From: an uncultured virus (IMG/VR IMGVR_UViG_3300044844_000310) | Lineage: Duplodnaviria; Heunggongvirae; Uroviricota; Caudoviricetes | Reading direction: 5' to 3' (one strand) | Virus record (IMG/VR): IMGVR_UViG_3300044844_000310 | Length of the DNA stretch: 20,000 nucleotides | Shown here: positions 8,123-14,348 of the stretch, one piece after another | How positions within the stretch are numbered: position 1 is the stretch's first letter | Layout of the letters: each line of letters starts with the position of its first letter | Notes under the pieces: model-generated | Seen by the model: the letters and a program-made list of their open reading frames with translations, nothing else | The model's database searches: none | Told to the model about the DNA's origin: nothing | Made by a program: the position numbers and the translations under genes

Positions 8123-8416
8123 GTTCGCCATAGTAACCAATGTATCCACCTCTATACCCATACGACATGCTGATTCAGGATCAACTGTCGTCCTACCTAC
8201 TGCATCCCATCCACTAACAAATGAGTAGTGTTTATCCTCAACCACCCGCCCGCGTTTGTCTTTATCATTCTTGTACTCTACCCATGACAAGCGCTGTAGA
8301 ACTGCAATGATTTCCTTACCCGTCGTGCGGTGTACTAACGTAATGCGTATCGTAGGAGTCGTGATGGCTCCTGTCTTATCTTTCTTATCAAACGCTGTTA
8401 CTTCCCACTCGTTCAT
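8102..8416 (-). CDS. hypothetical protein (paralog-like to 8413..8670)
   Basis: 104 aa; MxxWE start and GIx...LxxMAN end. Confidence 0.7.
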   Translation of the reverse strand: MNEWEVTAFDKKDKTGAITTPTIRITLVHRTTGKEIIAVLQRLSWVEYKNDKDKRGRVVEDKHYSFVSGWDAVGRTTVDPESACRMGIEVDTLVTMANLTLDIS

Positions 8417-8670
8417 GACTCTTCTCGCATCATGTTAGCCATTGCACGGAGTGCTGATAGGTCTATTCCTGCTCTTTCTAAGAAGTCTGGAGTCGCTGTG
8501 ATTGTTTTTCCTTCTTCTCCGGGCTTTGATATGCCCCCGACCTCACCCATCTCGGGGTTCCTTACGTTTTTACAGAATAGGGCCTTTGCTTTACCGTCGT
8601 TGGCTATCAACTCAAAGTCTACCCATCCGAACTTATCTGTATCTACACTAACAATCTCCCACTTGTCCAT
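8413..8670 (-). CDS. hypothetical protein
   Basis: 85 aa; GGAGG RBS. Confidence 0.75.
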   Translation of the reverse strand: MDKWEIVSVDTDKFGWVDFELIANDGKAKALFCKNVRNPEMGEVGGISKPGEEGKTITATPDFLERAGIDLSALRAMANMMREES

Positions 8671-8824
8671 ACATCCTCCGAAATTAGGACGGTTTCACCT
8701 GCAACCGAAAAGGGTCAGCCCCGAACTGGAGAGAATGCTACGGAGCACCGCATAGGTTCTGACTGACTGACATGGATGTTTCGTACCATCGGGCTCTCAT
8801 GCCTTACCCTTTTAATTTATCTAC

Positions 8825-9274
8825 TCACCACCAGTGTGGTTCATGACTGCGCTCCCATGATGCAAAGGGTTTGCTGTGATAGTAGGCACGGTAGGATTCT
8901 ACCGCGTCATTGGTTTTGTACTCGTCAGGCATAGCCAACGCGAACGGCGTCAGGCCCACAGAAGGAGTAGAAGCTAGTTCTTCTGAAGAAATTAGACCGT
9001 CTAAAATTTGTAGGCACTTGTGATCACGTGTGTGACCCCACCGCTGTTGCCACTCGGCATGAAGAGCATAGGCTAACTTGAATAGCCACAATGCGTTGTC
9101 GCGTGAACGCCCTGCCCATAGGGTACAGGGATGGTTGGCATGAGTGGGACGGTACGGACCACTGAGCACGGTCGAGAGCATCTGAGTGCTCTCTAAAATC
9201 ATTTTGTTCACATGCTTATCGCAATGATAAAACGCAGACACGGCAGGGTCATAGTCCAAGACAAAGATGTTCAT
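8825..9274 (-). CDS. pyrimidine dimer DNA glycosylase / endonuclease V-like protein
   Basis: MNIFVLD...HCDKHVNKMILES.QMLST...H.NHPC..W...AMPDEYK...YR.YY family signature. Confidence 0.8.
   Translation of the reverse strand: MNIFVLDYDPAVSAFYHCDKHVNKMILESTQMLSTVLSGPYRPTHANHPCTLWAGRSRDNALWLFKLAYALHAEWQQRWGHTRDHKCLQILDGLISSEELASTPSVGLTPFALAMPDEYKTNDAVESYRAYYHSKPFASWERSHEPHWW
8989..9007. repeat. 19-bp palindromic motif (core intact, inside CDS)
   Basis: AAATTAGAC-C-GTCTAAAAT. Confidence 0.75.
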
Positions 9275-9277
9275 CAC

Positions 9278-9541
9278 TCACTCCATAGGTTTCATCAATA
9301 GCAAGACGGGCTCGACCTCCTCGCACCTTCTCTGCACCCACACAGGGAACTCATTCCAGTCAACCTCCTGCCAGTCATGCCGATCTTTATCGTATGGATA
9401 CTCCTTGCTTATACCTAATGTGTAGCATTCTTTCATGCCTCCATGAGTCAGCCCGTATGCGTACGCTTCGCGCTCAGTTACCAGATCGACAAAAGGATGG
9501 CGATTGTTAATGACTTGATAGTGCTCTTCCCACTTAGGCAT
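9278..9541 (-). CDS. hypothetical protein
   Basis: 87 aa; GGAGG RBS; C-terminus resembles 11594..11863. Confidence 0.7.
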   Translation of the reverse strand: MPKWEEHYQVINNRHPFVDLVTEREAYAYGLTHGGMKECYTLGISKEYPYDKDRHDWQEVDWNEFPVWVQRRCEEVEPVLLLMKPME

Positions 9542-9542
9542 C

Positions 9543-9902
9543 TCACACCTCCCATGTAACTTTTACTACTTTAGATTTCTCCGAGTCATAACTTGCCCAC
9601 CCTTCCGCATCGTACTGATACTCAAAGAGCCTAGACCTAGACTCATCCGGGTACACCACCATCCATGCGTGCTTCTTCACCGGGAAATTAGCTAGACCAA
9701 CATCAGGAACAGTACCGGAGCGGAGCCGATACAAAAGCCTCGCCCTCTTCTCATGGTGCAACCAATGCACGAACCGCTCAAGCTCGGCGCGCGCCTCCTC
9801 ACGCTCGGAGTACTCCTCAGAATCATGGTGCCTGTCCTCATCCACAGTGTGGTCAAGGGTCAGCAGGTAATCCTCCATCATTTCATCCAGATCGCTATAC
9901 AT
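9543..9902 (-). CDS. hypothetical protein with acidic N-terminus
   Basis: 119 aa; GGAGGTGTGAGATG junction identical to the one at 9539-9552. Confidence 0.75.
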   Translation of the reverse strand: MYSDLDEMMEDYLLTLDHTVDEDRHHDSEEYSEREEARAELERFVHWLHHEKRARLLYRLRSGTVPDVGLANFPVKKHAWMVVYPDESRSRLFEYQYDAEGWASYDSEKSKVVKVTWEV

Positions 9903-9903
9903 C

Positions 9904-10128
9904 TCACACCTCCACTTCAGTTATCTCTGTCACCGTCGCACCATACAGCCTACCCCACCGAGCTGCGTGCACTTGAGCATCCTCGATGTACTTGAACCGT
10001 ATGTCCTCCATCCAGACATTCTGATCGTCGAGCCACACTGACACGAGGAACCGTATCTTGCTGTTGTAGCTGATTGGTGAACGTCTTGCGCGCTTGTACT
10101 CACGCTTGGCATCGCGTTCCATTTTCAT
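9904..10128 (-). CDS. hypothetical protein
   Basis: 74 aa; ATGA overlap. Confidence 0.7.
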   Translation of the reverse strand: MKMERDAKREYKRARRSPISYNSKIRFLVSVWLDDQNVWMEDIRFKYIEDAQVHAARWGRLYGATVTEITEVEV

Positions 10129-10808
10129 TGTTCATTCTCCTCACGTTTTACTGCATCAATAAAATAGAGCACAACGCTCTCATACACAGACCTGCGCTCA
10201 ACCTCGTCCCATCCCATGTACTTGCTGTGCGCCTTGCGATAACCCACACCTTCGACGTACCCATCCACATCCATGATCTTGAGCAGGGTCAATGCTTCCC
10301 TGTGCTTTTTTGTAAGCCTATCCACGTAGCGCTTCTGCACATTCGCTTGACGAGATAGAACCGTGTCGAAGAACTTGTTCTCATAGCTTGGGGGTGTGTT
10401 CCATCCGAACTCCAGCTTCTTCACTATCTGCACATACTCTTGGGGCCTATCGTCTGAGCGTGTGAGGGCAGGAGCGAATTCAAACTGAATGACATACAGA
10501 TCCTCCTTGGTTCTATAGTGCTTGGTCTTGTACCCCACGCCGGGAATCAGTGTGTCGTATGGAGCAGTGTGCAGTTGCACCAGCTTTTCCTTGTTTCCAT
10601 TGCGCAGGTACTTGATCGCCCGCTCCTGACTGGGTTTGCAGAAGCTCGCATAGAATGCACTCTCATCGCCTTCGCGTTTGTATTCACGCTGCTCCATCCA
10701 CTGTTTATATTGCGCTTCAAGGTTGCTGTACTTCACCGCAATGCGTGCCGTCGCAGGTAGGTCGTAGATGTTTTTCCACTGTGCCTCCCACCATTGTTTG
10801 TTACTCAT
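10125..10808 (-). CDS. hypothetical protein with two GVGY-motif repeats
   Basis: start revised to MSNKQWW (GGAGAG RBS at 10813-10818); IPGVGYK and VEGVGYR repeats. Confidence 0.75.
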   Translation of the reverse strand: MSNKQWWEAQWKNIYDLPATARIAVKYSNLEAQYKQWMEQREYKREGDESAFYASFCKPSQERAIKYLRNGNKEKLVQLHTAPYDTLIPGVGYKTKHYRTKEDLYVIQFEFAPALTRSDDRPQEYVQIVKKLEFGWNTPPSYENKFFDTVLSRQANVQKRYVDRLTKKHREALTLLKIMDVDGYVEGVGYRKAHSKYMGWDEVERRSVYESVVLYFIDAVKREENEQ

Positions 10809-10850
10809 CTCACTCTCCAAAAATTAGCAACTGTGGGGCTACGCCCCACG

Positions 10851-10869
10851 TTTTTAGACCGTCTAAAAA
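10851..10869. repeat. 19-bp palindromic motif flanked by two GC hairpins
   Basis: TTTTTAGAC-C-GTCTAAAAA. Confidence 0.95.
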
Positions 10870-10892
10870 ACGGTGCGAACTTGTTCGCACTA

Positions 10893-11159
10893 CTAAAAAT
10901 TAACTCTCAAGCACTCATCTCTAAGGCCCCACAACTCACGCTCGCTTGTCTCCTGCGTCATGGGATATTCGTTGTCTTTACTCCACACGCTCAGATGGCG
11001 TAGCGTTGTTCTGCTGTAATGATCGGATGTCTTTAGATACCCAAGCCCCGGCACATACGCACCCACTGGAGTCGCGTAGCTGATAAAGATCCGCGTGCCG
11101 TTCGTATACTGTTCTTCGTGGCATTGCTTGGCACCGAAGGTTTTGCGTTCGTAGTTCAT
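10893..11159 (-). CDS. conserved phage protein (SY.TPV...YS.TT.RH family)
   Basis: start revised to MNYERK (ATGA overlap, GGAGG RBS). Confidence 0.75.
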   Translation of the reverse strand: MNYERKTFGAKQCHEEQYTNGTRIFISYATPVGAYVPGLGYLKTSDHYSRTTLRHLSVWSKDNEYPMTQETSERELWGLRDECLRVNF

Positions 11160-11458
11160 TGCAGTCCCTCCGGTCCAAAAAAGTTTAGTTTCTCCTCGTC
11201 GGTCATCAATTCGTAGCAGATAGCCCACAAGTCACCATCCTGATGCAACCGCCACACGTTACCGTCTTTATGGTATTCAGCCTTGTCCAGAATCGCATCC
11301 CATGCTTCCCAATAGTCATCGCCCGGACCCGTCATGCAAGCAATGAACTCCCACGAATATGGGTCTAAACCCCAATCGTCAGCATTAAAAGAGTCAACAA
11401 AGTCTCGCGGTATGTAGATGCCACGGGCATCGCTCAAAAGATGGGCTACAGCATTCAT
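11156..11458 (-). CDS. conserved phage protein (RGIYIP..F...YWEAW...L.QDGDLW)
   Basis: start revised to MNAVAH; GGAGAG RBS adjoining the palindrome. Confidence 0.75.
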   Translation of the reverse strand: MNAVAHLLSDARGIYIPRDFVDSFNADDWGLDPYSWEFIACMTGPGDDYWEAWDAILDKAEYHKDGNVWRLHQDGDLWAICYELMTDEEKLNFFGPEGLQ

Positions 11459-11469
11459 GATTCTCTCCG

Positions 11470-11488
11470 TTTTTAGACCGTCTAAAAA
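11470..11488. repeat. 19-bp palindromic motif
   Basis: TTTTTAGAC-C-GTCTAAAAA, adjoining the GGAGAG RBS. Confidence 0.95.
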
Positions 11489-11543
11489 ACCCTTGGTAGG
11501 GCCAAGGTGCCCTGCGGGTGGCTGACCACCCGACTTGAGATAC

Positions 11544-11572
11544 ATTCTACAGTGTTTTTACTATCCTGTCAA
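11544..11572 (-). promoter_or_regulatory. sigma70 promoter P2
   Basis: TTGACA (11572-11567), 17 bp, TAGAAT (11549-11544). Confidence 0.85.
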
Positions 11573-11593
11573 GTTTTTGACAGTAGTGGTTTT

Positions 11594-11863
11594 TCATATC
11601 GTCATCAGGAGCAATGGCTGTAGTTCTTTCAATCTGGTGAGTATGTCCTCGGGGAAGTAGTCCTTCTCCCTCTCCCAGTCGATTTCTGTCTCTATACCGT
11701 GAGTGAACCCATTCTGCATGTGCCGTATGGCAGTTACTAATTTACCTTCAGCTCCCTCATAAAACCCCACGTACAAAGAATAGTCATCTTTACCTTTAGT
11801 CAGCATGACCCATGCTGACTTGCCCGGATCTACTTCACCCCAATGCTCTTTTATCTCACTCAT
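11594..11863 (-). CDS. hypothetical protein
   Basis: 89 aa; GGAGGAG RBS. Confidence 0.75.
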   Translation of the reverse strand: MSEIKEHWGEVDPGKSAWVMLTKGKDDYSLYVGFYEGAEGKLVTAIRHMQNGFTHGIETEIDWEREKDYFPEDILTRLKELQPLLLMTI

Positions 11864-11928
11864 GTCTCCTCCGTGGGGGCCACTGTTGTAGCCCCACGCT
11901 TTGCGTTCCTAGACTCTCTTAACTAGCT

Positions 11929-12792
11929 TCAATCTTCTTCGTCCTCCCACTGGTCTGCATCGTACGGCGTGCCGACGATAGCACTTGCGTTGATCTTAAG
12001 CGGGTTAAAAAAGTTGTTCTTGTAGAACGTACTGTGCGGAGAGACTGGTGATGATGGCGGTGCGTCCTTCGACCTCTTGAGAAAGTCCTTCATCTTCTCT
12101 CCTGTATTCAACACATCTACCTGCCACGGAATCTCTCCCGGCTTGGCAGTGCCCGATTCAAACGCGTCTAGCAAACGCATCATGGTTTCCTCGCTCACAA
12201 TACGCACGCTCTTCTCACGCGCACCCATGCGCTTCCATTGATCCCTTGTGTTGTGCAGGATGGCGGGAGTGAGTGGGGCTAGAAGATCGAACTTGTACGA
12301 TGCAGATGAATTCTTGATGACCTCACCCGTCTTTAGATCCGTCACCCCTCGCATGTAGTGCGAAGATGATCCTCCTGCAGCTATCGTTCGATAGTCATTC
12401 TTGTACTCGATCTCATAGTTCTGCATGTCCAGCCTGATATTGGAACTGGGCAAAATGATATGGTGCTTTAACGTGTGTTCATAGCCATGGGCTTCTGATC
12501 CTCCGTAGACTTCAAGGCCGTATGCCTCGCTCCCTGTTCGGGCATTGGTGGTCGTAACTGAGTTGCCTTTGTACCTTCCTTCACGCAGAGATTGGTTCTG
12601 GCGCAGGGTGTGAAGCATGTAGTCGATCTCGGGATAGTACACACCTTCGTCGTAGAGAGAAGAGGATCTACGAGTGTTCTTTGTCTCATAAATGGGAGAC
12701 AGGTGGCCTTCAGATTGGAGCCTAGCGAGGAAAATTGGGTATAGCGAAATCTCAAGACTCTCAAGAAGCTCAGGGGATATGGGTTTAGACAT
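11929..12792 (-). CDS. hypothetical protein (287 aa)
   Basis: long ORF on the operon strand; no recognisable motif; weak RBS. Confidence 0.7.
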   Translation of the reverse strand: MSKPISPELLESLEISLYPIFLARLQSEGHLSPIYETKNTRRSSSLYDEGVYYPEIDYMLHTLRQNQSLREGRYKGNSVTTTNARTGSEAYGLEVYGGSEAHGYEHTLKHHIILPSSNIRLDMQNYEIEYKNDYRTIAAGGSSSHYMRGVTDLKTGEVIKNSSASYKFDLLAPLTPAILHNTRDQWKRMGAREKSVRIVSEETMMRLLDAFESGTAKPGEIPWQVDVLNTGEKMKDFLKRSKDAPPSSPVSPHSTFYKNNFFNPLKINASAIVGTPYDADQWEDEED

Positions 12793-12977
12793 GGATCTAA
12801 TCTCTTAAAAGTGGTTAATGAGCTCATAGTTTGGCGTGGTAAGAGATGGGAGTCAAGCGAAAAAATGAGACGATTGAGGCGAATGGTCTTTTTGGTGTTT
12901 TTTGGGGGCTTGAGAATGAGACTTTTAGAATGTGGAAAATTGTCTTAGAAAGCCACCAATGTGTTGAGGTTCTGTAG

Positions 12978-12996
12978 TTTTTAGACGGTCTAAAAA
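12978..12996. repeat. 19-bp palindromic motif (opposite orientation)
   Basis: TTTTTAGAC-G-GTCTAAAAA. Confidence 0.95.
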
Positions 12997-13063
12997 GTGA
13001 GAACTGAGAGACTTGAGAAATGGGGTTTGGTCGATTTTGGGCCTATCTATCTTATAAAATTTG

Positions 13064-13076
13064 TAAGTTGTTGATT
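13064..13076 (-). promoter_or_regulatory. IHF-binding consensus site
   Basis: minus strand AATCAA-CAAC-TTA matches WATCAANNNNTTR; lies in a long non-coding AT-rich region. Confidence 0.55.
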
Positions 13077-13312
13077 GTTGGTGTGATATGAGAGATATGA
13101 TGGATATAAGTTAGATATGCCGAAATATAGCCACTTACTTGAACACTGAACGGATCAAAGCCCCCCTGAAAGGAAGCCCTTTTCACTTACTATATATATT
13201 AATCTATATATATTATTATTATTATTTCTCTTAGGCTTTAAAGCGCCCGCGCCCCTGCCTTTCCCCTGCGCCTTGGCCCTCCGTCCTAGAAATACAACTA
13301 GCTTCTTCCTCG

Positions 13313-13331
13313 TTTTTAGACCGTCTAAAAA
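13313..13331. repeat. 19-bp palindromic motif between two ~30-bp direct repeats
   Basis: TTTTTAGAC-C-GTCTAAAAA; flanked by CCCTCCGTCCTAGAAA..AACTAGCTTC at 13277-13305 and 13333-13363. Confidence 0.95.
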
Positions 13332-13401
13332 ACCCTCCGTCCTAGAAACTAAGAACTAGCTTCATGGGCGCGCCCGCGCGCCGTGCCCGAATCGCGGGCA
13401 C

Positions 13402-13426
13402 AAAAAAGCCCCGCCGGAGCGGGGCT
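13402..13426 (-). terminator. Rho-independent terminator
   Basis: minus strand AGCCCCGC-TCCG-GCGGGGCT-TTTTT. Confidence 0.9.
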
Positions 13427-13438
13427 GAGAGGGAGGAA

Positions 13439-13513
13439 CTAAGGGATCAGGTCACACAATGCGGGAATGACAATCAAACCCACAATCACAAACCACAGCA
13501 GATACTTATCCAT
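13439..13513 (-). CDS. 24-aa membrane peptide MDKYLLWFVIVGLIVIPALCDLIP
   Basis: not in the ORF track; overlaps the stop of 13506..14240 and ends just before the terminator; alternative start 13525. Confidence 0.55.
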   Translation of the reverse strand: MDKYLLWFVIVGLIVIPALCDLIP

Positions 13514-14240
13514 TCTTGGCACCATTTTTCTTTGTTGACTCGGCGACAACCCTGCGAGCTTCGACTAGCTCTTTAAGAAGGGTGCCCGCTTCGAGCTTAT
13601 GGCGCTTCTCAATTTCCTCGAAGGCAATAGCGGTGAGCTTAAAGTTCATGAACTGGGTGCACGCTTGCACCCACAAGTCGGCGGGATTCATATCAGGCAC
13701 CGACACATTGACACTAATAGACTCAGGCGAGCCCTTCACGGCGGGTTTTGGTTGCACCAAGGGAGTCGGCGCACTTTGTGCGGTTTGTGGCTCAGCGGGC
13801 ACTGTAGGCACTTGCGCGGTCGGTTCACTAGTCGGTGCGGGCTCAGGCGCCTTTTCAGCATGTACTTTCTTATACGTGTTAGGCACTACGATGCCCGCCC
13901 AATTAACCCATGTCTTTGCTTTGCGCAATCTGTCAGCATTCTGTTGAGTGGGAAGGATCTTATATTCAAAGGCGGTCTTGAGCACACCAAGCAAACCATC
14001 CACGTCTGAGATCTTAGCATCTTCAATGGCGGTCTTGATGTCAGCCTTGATTGCAGTCCACTTGTGTGCACTAAAAGCCTTGAATACTGGCACGATTGCC
14101 TTTCGAAGCTCACCATTCTTTGAGATCAGCTCAGCTTGTTCATCTTTCAGCTTGTCGAGGCGCGCGCTGTTGGTCTGGTAGGCGGTGCAATCAGTCACAA
14201 AAGAAACCAACAAGGCCTTATCGTTTGCGTTCATGGTCAT
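13506..14240 (-). CDS. hypothetical protein with Pro/Ala/Thr-rich linker; first gene of the leftward unit
   Basis: start revised to MTMNAND (GGAG 8 nt upstream); helical N- and C-terminal parts joined by a PEPAPTSEPTAQVPTVPAEP linker. Confidence 0.8.
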   Translation of the reverse strand: MTMNANDKALLVSFVTDCTAYQTNSARLDKLKDEQAELISKNGELRKAIVPVFKAFSAHKWTAIKADIKTAIEDAKISDVDGLLGVLKTAFEYKILPTQQNADRLRKAKTWVNWAGIVVPNTYKKVHAEKAPEPAPTSEPTAQVPTVPAEPQTAQSAPTPLVQPKPAVKGSPESISVNVSVPDMNPADLWVQACTQFMNFKLTAIAFEEIEKRHKLEAGTLLKELVEARRVVAESTKKNGAKNG

Positions 14241-14291
14241 GGTACTTACTCCAAAAAGAAACCCGAGAAGCCGTCTCGGTGCGGTGTGCAT

Positions 14292-14322
14292 ATTCTAACC
14301 CATATGCAAGGGATACTGTCAA
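14292..14322 (-). promoter_or_regulatory. sigma70 promoter P3 (19-bp spacer)
   Basis: TTGACA (14322-14317), 19 bp, TAGAAT (14297-14292). Confidence 0.65.
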
Positions 14323-14329
14323 GCTCTCA

Positions 14330-14348
14330 AATTTAGACAGTCTAAAAA
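14330..14348. repeat. 19-bp palindromic motif upstream of the P3 -35 box
   Basis: AATTTAGAC-A-GTCTAAAAA. Confidence 0.85.

Noticed and set aside
8700..8725. GGGGCTGA on the minus strand resembling a tmRNA 5' end or hammerhead core
   Set aside because: No downstream tmRNA features, T-loop or CCA end, and no CUGANGA hammerhead core.
11171..11182. CGGTCCAAAAAA half-site resembling the 8022 variant
   Set aside because: Only one arm is present; it lies in a CDS end/RBS and could be chance.
12784..12800. TTTAGACATGGATCTAA over the start codon of the 287-aa ORF
   Set aside because: One arm plus a mis-spaced partial arm; too degenerate to count.
12468..12827. 119-aa minus-strand ORF overlapping the 287-aa gene
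   Set aside because: Alternative frame almost wholly inside a longer ORF; nothing supports it.
7122..14348. Palindromic repeats read as a CRISPR array
   Set aside because: Copies are 0.3-1.9 kb apart with whole genes between them; there are no regular spacers and no cas genes.
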